A stretch of 64,000 nt of DNA from assembly GCF_006345805.1 (NCBI RefSeq), contig NC_043009.1, positions 19,716,001-19,780,000 on the forward strand, written 5' to 3'. Below are positions 14,216-26,764 of this stretch, one piece after another. The notes under the pieces are model-generated. The model searched no databases. It was given only the letters and a program-made list of their open reading frames with translations, and had not been told where the DNA came from. This DNA is from Octopus sinensis (lineage: Eukaryota). Position numbers and translations under genes: made by a program. The first letter of the stretch is position 1, and the number at the start of each line of letters is the position of its first letter.

Positions 14216-15829
14216 TTTGGGATCTTATTAGAAACATGCAATTCCGTATTGAATTAGTTATGGACCCCATGCTGTGGGTCCTTTGGACTCCATTGAAGAA
14301 TATGTCTGATTTTAATGTTTCCAAAGTCAACTCTGCGATTTTTATCGGTCTTGGAGAAATGAAACCTAGCAATCACTAACCTTCTCATAATTAATTCTGT
14401 CCGGATATTTATTCAGCTTTGTGATTGGTTCTTTTATTGATGTGACCAAAATGTTACGCACATCGACGTATCGCTCTGTCTGATATTGAACACCAATCAC
14501 AGTTAGCGAACTTCCAAATGTTTCAATTCCTGCCATTATGAAGTTGATGAGAGAAGGCAGAATTTGAACTCAAAACATTAAGTATTGGAACAATTACTAC
14601 AAGATATCTCGGACGTCCCTCTATCAATTCTGCCAATGCACTACCCGGGACTTTATTGAACTAGAAACGATGAAATGCAAAGTTGGCCTCAGAAGAATTT
14701 CAGCTCAAAGATCTTGAACCAATACCACATATTCTGCTGTTTGATGCTTTAACGAGTTGACCCAACGCTGCCAAAATAACCTCTCGAAATATCTGTGTTA
14801 TAATAGCAGGAAATGCAAGATGCCATGTTCTGGAATTTGCTAAGTGTGTTAATGACGGGGGTGAAGTGTTTACAAAGGCCATTGAAAAGTTACCCCTGGC
14901 GCCCGCCCCCGAGCGCTACTTGTCCTCTGAGAATATTTTTATTGTATTACTAAAAGGTTGTTATATTTTACTTCTTATTACAGTTTACACATTTCTTATG
15001 ACAAGATGAGTTAATGATACGTTTCAGGAGAGTGATTTTGTTTTTTAATCAAGAACAAATTCGAATTTTATAGGGAAGCGAGATATAAATATTAATCCGT
15101 ATTTCAGTATATTACTGGTACTTATCTCTATGTAGAGCTGTGCCGCTACAATGTGTTCCCTCAAAGACATTTCGTCCCACGGTCATGAATCTATTAATTA
15201 TGTTAAGTTATCACCGCAAGTGTATGATGTGACATAGAACGGTGGGTCGACAAAATCTACGACAATTATTAGATTTATAAAACTATTTGAACTCTTCACT
15301 GAAGTGAGATGATATTGTCAGAACTCAGGGGAATCACAACTGACGTTCTGCACTGTATAAACCAATGATACATGAGACATCAACTGGTTTTTCATCTGAC
15401 CGCCATCATGCAGAGGTGCGTCTGCACAAATACTGTTGCTCTGAGTCAAGTTTCATGGACAGAAAATATTTAAAAATCTGCTTGGAAAGATGATGAAAAA
15501 TGTCTCGGTAATATTATCGTTCTTCCGCTGCTTGCAGCAGAGAACAATGACTTCCTATAATGCCCATTTACACAACGATGCATGGGATATCATGGACAAT
15601 CCGATATCTTCGTCATTCACAGAGAAGAGCGCCGGTAGTAGGATATGAACTGAAATCTTCTGCAGTCACTCAGGCGACGGCACCTTACCAACTCATCAAG
15701 CTGTGACAATATGATAAATCAGCTTGTTGAATTTTACCGATTCTCTTGGAGATAAGAACCAACAAAATCTTCAATCATCAACATCAAACGGTAGCGATAC
15801 TCTACCCTCCTACATTGTATTATTTTTAT

Positions 15830-15870
15830 TAAAATTATTATTATTATTATTATCATTATTATTATTATTA

Positions 15871-15947
<77 letters not shown>
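15830..15947. repeat. (ATT)n microsatellite, left flank of the 550-bp element
   Basis: Direct reading. Confidence 0.95.
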
Positions 15948-16497
15948 GAGTGAGAGAGCAGTTCATGCCATCAAAGTGACACTGGGGTAAAATATACGAA
16001 GCCCAATATACCCATCATGACTACCCGTCTGATAAAGGTACACCAGGCACATGCATCACAACCATATGTGCGCGACATGGTGATCTCATATCAAGATAAA
16101 CAGCACATGACCTTGCAGGTGGGGCCCAGTTAGAATTTTCTTCAGGTTGAGTAGCCCATCCTGCTCAAAAGGTCCTTGAATAAGGGTTGCTTTAGGATGT
16201 TGAACGAAACACCTATGTTTCCAGAGGTGAACCATTCAAACTCCAAAGAATCCCTCTCAACACATGGCCATGATGCTCCCCCACTACTTCTGCTCGTGAT
16301 CAGAGATGCACGTATTGTCAGCCACTAAGGGACATGCTCAACTGGTTAAGGTCAAACAACTGACAAGCAAATCTGTGGTATTGAGCAGAATATTTGCTGT
16401 AGCCCATCTTTTATACCAAGACAAAACAATGTACATGATAACACTTCCAATCAGTTAAGATCAGAAGCCATGAGAGCCACTGCCTGGTACTGCGTCA
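15948..16497 (-). mobile_element. ~550-bp non-coding element embedded in an (ATT/TAA)n array; candidate non-autonomous retroelement
   Basis: Complex sequence sharply bounded by (ATT)n on both sides; on the minus strand ends ...CTCTCACTC-(AAT)n; no ORF, no TIRs, no tRNA head; strand inferred from the longer array being the tail. Confidence 0.55.
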
Positions 16498-17303
16498 TAT
16501 TATTATTATTATTATTATGCTTTACAAATCTAAAACAGGCAAGTTTGTATTTAAATAATTTAAAAGAAACATCTTCTCTTTCAATTATAAACCAATCTCA
16601 TTTAGACATTCTAATAATAATAATAATAATAATAATGATGATGATGATGATGATAATGATGATGATGATAATCAAAACTAATGAATACTTTGTATCGACC
16701 ATTGTCAGTTGATAACAGTTTAACTGTGATAAAACGCAATAACAACAACAACAACAACAACAGCCCAAATAAACAACTATCTGTAATGATATCAAATAAA
16801 GTGTTTTTAGCGAGTTCAGCGATGCTGCATGGATAAGACTGCAATAAATAGGTGTAGCAGCCATCTTGCAGCACAGAATATTACTGTTTCAAAGCAATGT
16901 TATTTCAGGTTAATGAAATTGCAGCCCATTAGATTTAATGTCATAAAAATATGAGGAAAAAAAACCAAGCCAAAACAAAAATAACAACAAAAGAAAGAAA
17001 TACGATGGAAAAAACAAAAAAAAAAAACAAGACAAAAACTCCCCAAGAAACAAACAACCGTTGAAAGCTTTGGTCATTATTTTGCAAATTGTAAAGCTAG
17101 ATAATATTGAAAATAAATGCAATTGATATCAATACAGGTAGATATAGTTAAATCGATATAGCTTTATAGTTGACAGAGAATAGTCGGCCAACAATGAGTT
17201 ACTTTGTTCGGAAAGCCTTTGTGTTTGGACAGAGTTATTGACTGCCTAAAACAGCCATTACAAATATGTATATTAACATCTATTATGCGCGTGTGTGTAT
17301 CTA

Positions 17304-17403
<100 letters not shown>

Positions 17404-17699
17404 TATATACATATATAAGTATATATATGTATATATATATTTATATGTCTGTGTAGAGATTTATGCGCACTTATAAGTATAGAATATGTATATGGCTTTA
17501 TATATATGACATATATAAAACACATACATTCATATATGTATATGCAAATGCCTATAAATATAATACGTGTATGTGTGTAACAATAAGTGCTTGGTGTTAG
17601 CATATAATATATATTTATGTGAATCACACAAACATACACACTCACTGACATAAGTAAATATACATACATACACGCAAATATATATATATATTATATATA

Positions 17700-17739
<40 letters not shown>

Positions 17740-18975
17740 TATATATATGTATGTATGTATATGTATATGTGCAAATAAACATTTATGGTAATGGCTGCCT
17801 CAGTTATATAGGTAGTTTTCTTTCCCCCTTTTCTCTTTGCTGTTGTTGATATGAGCCACTGCTTTGATGTTGATGATGATGATGATGATGACGATGATCG
17901 TCGTCATCATCATCGTCATCGTCATCATTATAATCAGCGTAAACATGTTTGAGCAGTGTTGTTATCGTCCGAACCAATGCTACGACAGCAGCCTATCATG
18001 TACGTCTTCGCCAGCCGATGTTGTTCGATCCAACCACGTTGTTATTACAACACAGAACCGGCAATAAAGGAATCGCAGTGACCATCATAAAATACATTGT
18101 TCACTTATCGCAGAATTAATCTGCTGAAAGTGGTGCCTGTTGCTAATTCATTGCCGGGCCCTGGTTCGGCACTTCCACCTGAGACGTGTCAATAAATAAA
18201 CATCTTATTTAGATTTAGCTTCACACGCGAGTTTTGTGGCGGATTTCTGTCCCTTTTTTTTGTTATTTTGTTTCGATCTTTTGTTTTTGTGTTTAACGTG
18301 TGTCGTGTGATCCAAGCTTCTCTTTTGACATCATTGCCCATTAGAAGGGGTGGGGGAATGTGAGGAGGAGGAGGAGGAGGAGGAGGGAAAGATCTGTGTT
18401 TGTGAGATGAATAACAGAGATGTTTTTAATACACACACACACACACACGCGCGCGCGCGCACACACACACACACACAAGCATACAAATAGACATACATGC
18501 GCGCGCATAATTGTTCTCCCAAAACATTATGCTGTGGCAGTAATGTTCTATTGGATTTTTGATATGTATATGTTTGTTTGTTTGTGTGTGTGGGTGTTTG
18601 TGTTTGCGTGTGTTTTATGTGTCTATATTTATGTGTATATGTATTTATGTATGCGTTGTTAGTGAAAGGAAGAGACAGAAGGAGGGAGAGGAGAGAGGGG
18701 GAGAGGGAAAAAGGGAGTGGGAAAGAAAGGGAGAGTGAGACCTGATGGAAATAAAAGCCTTCAAATCATATTCCATTATCTTGACAAGGAAAAAAAAGAA
18801 GAAAAACATACGTCACTCCAAATAAAAACAAAAAACATTTAAGAAATATTGTAGTCCTAGATCTGCTGTGTCTGAGATGTGATGGTCATAAGTGGAACGC
18901 CTCTCAACTTACGTTTTGCTGGATTAAGCCTGACCTGAGGCTACAAAATAAAAACAGTAATATCTACTACCACCG

Positions 18976-19070
<95 letters not shown>

Positions 19071-19079
19071 GCAAGATTC

Positions 19080-19620
19080 AGAGAGAAGCTTGACTTTGAT
19101 ACAACTGATAATTTCTCCTTCTTCCCTGATATATTGCATAAGACACCCATACTTCCAATCTATCTTCCTCTTTCACTCAACTAACGATCAACTAGTTCCT
19201 GTTGTCGAGGTTCCTCATTTAGACACCATTTTCTGATAATTCTATCCAAGAAGTCTTCTCTTCTTATTGTCCATCCTAAAAGCCTTAATCTCTTCCATTC
19301 ATTCTGTGCTGACCATCAACTGGTCTATTCATTTGCAACGGTGAAATTCATCTGCAGAATACAGACCTGAGTAAGCAGTTGTCCATGGAGCAAGTCTTCA
19401 ATTTCCATGATACCAATAGTATCCAGTGGAAAGAAAAGGACTGCTAAAGTTTGGCACCAAGAACCGCTACTGTTCGGCACCATTATGTCGTCAGGAGCTG
19501 CAGGGAATACCTCGATGTGTTTTCTACAAGACTCTAACAATTCCGTCAATCCATCGCCCTGGACTCTTCTCTATTTTCTTGACCTCCGGAAATACGGAAA
19601 ATAAAACTGACCTTTGTGAA
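19080..19620 (-). mobile_element. Highly degraded RTE-like LINE ORF2 C-terminal fragment
   Basis: Broken translation EEIKAFRMDNKKRRLLG*NY.. and KRKIDWKYG resembles RTE I.AFE..C.RRLLGISY / KRRKL.W.GH. Confidence 0.4.
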
Positions 19621-20113
19621 AATTGAACTTATAAAGTACAGACGCAGAACACCTACGCAAAACATTTTGTTCAACGCTCTAACGACTCAGCCAGTTTGTC
19701 ATAAAATATAAACATCCACAGAGAAATTATCGTAGAGTTAACAATCGCTTTAGATAACAAAACATTTGCGATTGTTTCAATATTAGACAGAAGCCCAGCA
19801 ATTTTAGAGGGTGCGGATAAGTCGATTACGATAACCTTAGTACCTGACAGGTATTTTATTTTGTCGACCAGAAAGTATGAAAGAGAATGCGGCAAAGCAT
19901 TTCGTCCGACGCCCTAACGAACATTAATAACGTTGTTAGACCACTAACCATAGACCATCAGACCATTAGATCATTAAACATTACACCATTAGTCCATTAA
20001 ACATTAGACCATTAGACCATAAGACCATTTGGTCGAAATCATGTGGTGGTCTCATCTAGTAGTCTCGGTACTGGAGGTAGCAAAGATTTACCTCCCTCTA
20101 GCAATACAAACAA

Positions 20114-20510
20114 GGCGGCGAGCTGGCAGAAACGTTAGCACGCCGGGCGGAATGCTTAGCGGTATTTCGTCTGCCGCTACGTTCCGAGTTCAAATTCCGC
20201 CGAGGTCGACTTTGCCTTTCATCCTTTCGGGGTCGATAAATTAAGGACCAGTTACGCACTGGGGCCGATATAATCGACTTAATCCGTTTGTCTGTCCGTG
20301 TTTGTCCTCTTTGTGTTTAGCCCCTTGTGGGTAGTAAAGAAATAGGTATTTCCTTTGTCTTTATGTTCTGAGTTCAAATTCCGCAGAGGTCGACTTTGCC
20401 TTTCATCCTTTCGGCGTCAATAAATTAAGTACCAGTTGTGTGCTGGGGTCGATCTAATCAACTGCCCCTCCCCCAAAATTCCGGGCCTTGTGCCTAGAGT
20501 AGAAAAGAAT
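20114..20510 (+). mobile_element. Dimeric SINE, family D (tRNA-like head + CORE-like body; monomer 1 with Tx1-like tail, monomer 2 5'-truncated with a different tail)
   Basis: Internal direct repeat 20161-20280 vs 20345-20460; B-box-like GAGTTCAAATTCC twice; GGTCGACTTTGCCTTTCATCCTTTCGGGGTCGATAAATTAAG resembles CORE-SINE central domains (from memory, unverified); many relatives in window. Confidence 0.85.
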
Positions 20511-20779
20511 ATAAACAAGAGTGCATTTTGTCCCAAAAGTCAATATAAGAGTTTTTCTCGTGGTATCTGCCGCAGTATAATCTGTTCTAATAGAGCATCC
20601 ACGTTTTAGTGGGGGATAAAGTGTACAATATCTTAGGTTGTCCAGAAAGCAATGGCGTTTTTCCGATTGTTAATACTCGTCAATAAATAAATCAATTTGC
20701 ATGGCACAAGTATATCAAGGCATTTCATGTTGCGAATTTGTTTATTTCAAAGTTTTCAAGACCTTACGATTCCATTCCT

Positions 20780-21680
20780 TCTCTTTACCCATTATATAAA
20801 CCAACCCTAGCAACAGCAGAGACCAAAGAGTTTTCCTATGATTTTTCTTTATGATTTCAAATTACAGAAAAATGCTTCTGAAACTGGCCAGGCTTTTGGT
20901 CAAGCATCGGTTTCTCGCACCAGTTTTCCTTATTTTTAGAGGTGTCACTACATGCTGGTTCTAACATGACTTTGATGTACGCATCCGGACAGTCCTTCCT
21001 GCGGATAGCGTTGTAAATAGTCTTCGCAACTATATCTGCCTCAGGGGCAGGTAGAATCTCGTAGAGATGTTGGGCAGCTGCTATTGATGTGGGCGATATC
21101 TTCCACATTGATATAGGAAAGTCGACATTTTCTATCACACCGTGGATGTTTGATAGTATCTTTGTCCCTCTTGTTTATCAGGTATTTAGTAGCAATCTCT
21201 TACTCCTGGATAGCAAAGATATATCCTTCTAGGTAGGATGTAATGTATCTATCGCAAGTCCAGGAAAGGCTACTCCTCCTGTCAATGCTGTTGTTGTCCT
21301 CTTGCTTACGGGATGTGTACCCATGCATTGCTTTGTGCTGGTGTGATGCCTGCCTCTCCTCTAAGCTTCTGTTTAGGTAGATCAGTCAACCTTCCTTTGG
21401 GTCGCCTGTGACAGTTGCGCAATAGTTCTTCACCAACTCTGAAGATATTGTTCTAACTTGTGAGTATGCATGGAATATATTCATTTCTTTACTCTTCAGC
21501 AAATGTTGTCTGTGCGATACAATGCGACATTCTAAGGCTGTTTGGCGTGACAGTAGTGTGCCTCTACCACCATCACTTCGCTTGACGTGGATCCTATTAA
21601 CGTCGCTGTTGATGTGGAAGTTGCTAGTGGTGGTCAGTACATTTCTAGTTTTGATGTCTGGGCTGCGGTCCTTCTCAATG
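20780..21680 (-). mobile_element. R4/Dong-clade LINE fragment (post-RT region + CCHC finger), disabled
   Basis: DIKTRNVLTTTSNFHINSDVNRIHVKRSDGGRG; MHGYTSRKQ..ITSYLEGYIFAIQE*EIATKYL; KCRLSYINVEDIAHINSSCP; DIVAKTIYNAIR. Confidence 0.8.
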
Positions 21681-21699
21681 CATATATGTGTGTATGTAA

Positions 21700-21730
<31 letters not shown>

Positions 21731-21830
21731 TGTATGTATGTATGTATGTATGTATGTATGTATGTATGTATGTATGTATGTATGTATGTATGTATGTATG
21801 TATGTATGTATGTATGTATGTATGTATACA
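21700..21830. repeat. (TATG)n tetranucleotide array
   Basis: Direct reading. Confidence 0.95.
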
Positions 21831-22672
21831 TGTATGCTTGTATGTATATATATATATATATATGAATGTATGTACTTGGAGATCTTCCTAGCATCTGTCG
21901 TAGGTTCCTTCCGACACAGAATATCGATCTTCCTGGAAACACCTACTGACTGTATTTCTCTTGCATTTATACAACCTCACTCCACCACCCACACATGCTA
22001 CCAGAGAGTCAGCCAAGGCTGTGGGTATAGAACATCTTTTTAGACCACCGCCACCACCACCGCCGCCGCCGCTGCCGCCATCATTATCATTATCAACAAC
22101 AACAACGACTACATCGACAAAGGCGGAATGTCTTCCATATTCGTATATAATCTTGGCAAGATAATTCTAGGAGAACAACACCTGACATATGTTTTGCTAA
22201 ATTAATCCGAACTAATTAAAAGAAATCACCACAAACATTCAGGAATAGTTTTTAGCTTTGATGAAAAGACACGTGTCTGCATAGATATGAAGGAGCAGAT
22301 GGTGTGAAATGTGGTCAAGATAATATCACATTTGGAAGTGATACGCTATAAAAGATTTGCTGTGGCTGATATCAGGTTAAGGAGAGATAAGAGGTGCAAC
22401 GAGGGGAAGTATAATTGATTTGATAACGGGAATCTTAGGCTTGATGTGAATGTGTTGAGTAGTGAGAGAACAGTCATTGTTGTAAAGATGGATTTAAATG
22501 AACCACGTCTGGTTCGGACAATTTTAAAATTAAATTTCTAAATACCTTTATCGACTAAAAAATATTTTCATACATTTTGTTGTTGCTGCTGTTTGCTAGA
22601 ATCGGCGGAACATCGGACAAAATGATTTGCGCTATTATTCAGATTGAATTACTTCTACTATATTATATTATG

Positions 22673-22978
22673 TGGAGGTGCAATGGCCTAGTGGTTAGGG
22701 CAGCGGACTCGCGGTCGCAGGATCGCGGTTTCGATTCCCAGACCGGGAGTTGTGAGTGTTTATTGAGCGAAAACACCTAAAAGCACCACGACGCTCCGGC
22801 AGGGGGTGGTGATCCCTGCTGTACTCTTTCACCACTCTTTCTCCCACTCTTTCTTCTGTTGGCCTGCTCGCTTAGCCAGCGGGGTGGCGTCATTCGAAGG
22901 CTAAAACAATGCGAACGCATTGTGACCAGCGATGTGTAAAAACATCTGATGGTCTGGTCGGTCACGTGATCACGTGAT
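22673..22978 (+). mobile_element. tRNA-derived SINE, family A (full length)
   Basis: A-box TGGCCTAGTGG, B-box GGTTTCGATTCC, (ATTAT)n tail; near-identical inverted copy at 5532-5801. Confidence 0.9.
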
Positions 22979-23012
22979 ATTATATTATATTTATTGGAAA
23001 GCAGCAACTAGC

Positions 23013-23200
23013 AGAATCGCTAGCATGCCGGACAAAATACATAGCGACATTTTGTCCGTCTTTATGTTTTTGAGTTCAAATGTCGCCAGAGTCGACTTCG
23101 CCTTTCATCTTTTCGGGGTCGATAAAATCTGTACCAATCGAGTCCCGGGGGATCAATGTAATCGATTTGTACCCTCCCCCACCGAAATTGCTGGCCAAAA
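23013..23200 (+). mobile_element. Family D SINE monomer
   Basis: GAGTTCAAATGTCGCCAGAGTCGACTTCGCCTTTCATCTTTTCGGGGTCGATAAA matches 20114-20510. Confidence 0.75.
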
Positions 23201-23315
23201 TTGAGGCAAAATTTCAATCCAGTGTCAGCATACTGGAACTTCCATACAATTTGCTTATTGAGATGTCGGATCATACCTACACACACACACATACATACAT
23301 ACATACATACATACA

Positions 23316-23347
<32 letters not shown>

Positions 23348-23993
23348 CTTACATAGAACATACATGCATATAAATATGCACAAGCAATTAAATACAACCT
23401 GGGGAAACACATAAACACACGGGTAGACAGATATACATATATATACGTGTACCCATACATAAGAAAAAAACTTACGGATCCATTCCTGCATTGATATCTT
23501 TGCTTACATACATAAGTGAGCACGTACACACTTGCTTACATACAGGTACCGACGTAAGGTGTAACATACATACTAACGGAATGTATGGACAAGGGACCAG
23601 ACATGATCTGGTACACAGCGAAGAAATTGTGTATACGGGTGGGGTGAAATTCGGTTGCCAACAGATGTTTATATTCTGTTAAAAATAAAAGATAAAGAAC
23701 ACATGTGTAGCGAGTTAATGAGAAATCTATGGATATCCTGCTGCCTACAGGCTGTTTCTGTGGCACTAGATCTATAATTATAGCGGTACTTGTTTATGCA
23801 ATCAATTGTCTCTAGACCAATGTGGAAAACCCGGGTCTCAGAAAACCCTCAAGAATACAATCAATTAGGAAATTACAAGTCATTAGTGGAACCCTGAAAA
23901 TATCTAAGACATTCCAGAAGTGTTGCATGCAATATCTGTATAGACAGAAGTTATATAATATGCACGCAGGCGTGTAGATATAATATATGTATA

Positions 23994-24052
<59 letters not shown>

Positions 24053-24092
24053 TATCATATTTTATACATATTGCATATAATATAATATTATA

Positions 24093-25307
24093 TAGGGTGC
24101 GATGGGTAAATTGCCGCCATTTTATATTTTACCTTTCACGCATGCGCATTGCCTGTTTTTGATTTTGTCGACTACACATTATAGTAGGGTAAGTTGAGCA
24201 CCGTCTGTGAGAAAAACGGCACCATGACGCAATTCATTCTTGGGAACGACATGCTGTATTGCTTGGCATTCGCACCGGAAGCTCCAATACAAACATTTCA
24301 GAGTATTTGGGTGTCAATCTGAGGAGAGTGCAGAGGATTCGGAAAGAGTTGCATGAGTCTAATGGTGAGTACGGAAGCTCTGAAAACTCACCCTGATTGT
24401 TCTGATAAGAAAAGAACACCTGAATTTGTTGGTGAAAACCAGACCATAATTGACAACGATCTCTCCAAGTAAATCATGGCCATCGCCAGGGACATGGGAA
24501 TGTCTGAGTTTCTGTTCAGACAGGTAGTGCATGAAGACATTCAGTATTCCTCATACAAGATGAGAAAGGACCAATTTTTATCCCAAGCTATCAAGGACAA
24601 GACGAAAGACCGCTTTACGAAGCTTTTGAACAAACTCAAACATTCCCTCCAACCGAACATGCTTTGGTTTTTCGCGCACGAGAAAATTTTCTGCCAGGAT
24701 CAGATGCTGAACACACAGAACTACCATTGCTTTGCCGTGTTGTTAAAAATCAAGCATCTAGTCAACACCATGGTGCTTGGAGTGATCACTAGTGATGGCG
24801 ATGTTATGCCTCCATTCATCTTCCCACACGGCCTCAGATTCAACACGGAAGCCTACACCAGCTATGAGTCAAGAGGATGGCTGCTAGAGGAACTTATGTC
24901 TGGACTCTGCACCAACCCAGTCATTGCTGTCAGACAATTTCTGCAGTCGCATCACCCCTAACATCTGACCACCTAACTTCCCACACTGCAATCCCCTTGA
25001 TTATTAAGTGAGGGGCACAGTTGACCGGCAGACCAAAAAAACTCCTTGTAACACCCAAGATGAACCGAAGGCAAGGATTATGGCAACATTCACCAACTTA
25101 AACAAGGAGACTGCCCAGAAGAGTTGCAGGACATTCCGAAGTGTCTTGAGGCCGTAGTTGAAGGCAATGGCGTTTTTATTGAATAAATTTACTCTTTAGT
25201 ATTTCAAGATATTTTTATGTAATTTTGGTAAATATATCTGTTAAAATGAGATGTCAGTATTATTTTTATTTTTGCGTAATTTAGACGACATTATATACCG
25301 CACCCAG
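24093..25307 (+). mobile_element. Tc1/mariner superfamily DNA transposon, maT/DD37D-like, defective
   Basis: Termini (T/C)AGGGTGCG...CGCACCC(A)G flanked by TA/TG; transposase remnants WFFAHEKIFCQDQMLNTQN, MVLGVITSDGDVMPPFIFPHGLRFNTEAY, PNI*PPNFPHCNPLDY (SPDLNPLDY type). Confidence 0.85.
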
Positions 25308-25318
25308 TGTGTGTGTAT

Positions 25319-25376
<58 letters not shown>

Positions 25377-25387
25377 TATATATATAT

Positions 25388-25442
<55 letters not shown>

Positions 25443-25521
25443 CTCGCTCTGATACTATGAGTTGAGGTGATGTCTTCTAGTACCTCCAAATTTAATATAC
25501 AATTATTCATAATTGTAGAGT

Positions 25522-25612
25522 CCTACGCTGATGAGAAAAATAGTTGGGTAAGACATAATTATCTAATTCTTATGCTTTCCTAAAACTTAATTTCGAAACG
25601 TACGTCCGTAGG
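25522..25612 (+). ncRNA. Type I hammerhead ribozyme, intact core
   Basis: cctacg-CTGATGA-gaaa...tttc-GAA-ACGTACGT-C-cgtagg; 6-bp stem I; predicted GUC cleavage after 25606. Confidence 0.85.
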
Positions 25613-25796
25613 TGACTTAATATAGTATGATTGTCGTCATTTCTTTCTCTCTTGCCTGCGTTTGCCTTTTAAGTGCTGTGGTTTTTACTGAGATCTCCCT
25701 TTTAGTAGAAAGAATAGCTATAACTCTTTGACTGCTATTTCTAAACTCGGTGTGTGGTGAGGCAAATCGTTGCTAAACCCTTAATTACTTAGTATT

Positions 25797-25838
<42 letters not shown>

Positions 25839-26319
25839 ATATATAATATATATATATATATAATCTTTCTTAATTATTCTCTCTCTGTTTATCTCTGTGT
25901 TCCTTTCTGTTGAAGAGCGTAGGCTCGAAACGTAAAATACTTTCTCACTCCCCGAGCGTTAAACTCATACACCTGTTTGTTGTTTACACACATGTCTTCA
26001 TCTTTTGTTTTTTGTAAATTCCAACTATATATAAAATTAGAGGATATGTTAACCTCGAAAGGGATGGTTGCATCCAAGGAAATATTGGTTCAATACATAG
26101 TATCTTTATGGAACGAAATTCCCTTAAAACAATAGGGGTATATAAAGCATAAAACTTATATCCAGTTAAAAGAAGGAAAGAAAATGGAGATAAGGAAGTT
26201 GTTGATAAACAATTATCAACTTCCTTATCTCCATTTTTTTTGTTCTTTTAAATGGATATAAGCTATATGTATGCCTAAAAGCATATTTACACATATGTAA
26301 CAGACTTATTTATCTGCCT

Positions 26320-26332
26320 GTCTATCTATCTA

Positions 26333-26403
<71 letters not shown>

Positions 26404-26457
26404 GTCTGTCTGTCTATCTGTCTATCTACCTATCTGTCTGTCGGCCTGTCTGTCTGT

Positions 26458-26549
<92 letters not shown>
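26320..26549. repeat. (TATC)n/(TGTC)n array, left flank of the Tx1 LINE
   Basis: Direct reading. Confidence 0.95.
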
Positions 26550-26764
26550 GGACGGACGCTAGTCAAATGGGCTCCACGTAAGTTGGCCACTTTTACATGT
26601 TTAAAACTCCTTGTTGTCAAATATTTTGTCTTTAATCGTTGTGCAAGATCATTCACTAAAAAACCTGAGAATTATTCACGTAGAACTCCGCTCCTGTATG
26701 GGCGAAATTACCAAAAATTTTCAAAACTTTCGTGGGTTCTTCTTAGCCATTTTTCATTTCGAAA

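Noticed and set aside
15290-15700. Possible RTE-like LINE remnant (GISW..LRRRH)
   Set aside because: Too degraded to support
22673-22750. tRNA-like sequences at SINE heads (also 39766, 42962, 45243)
   Set aside because: No complete cloverleaf or acceptor stem; they continue into SINE bodies, so they are not tRNA genes
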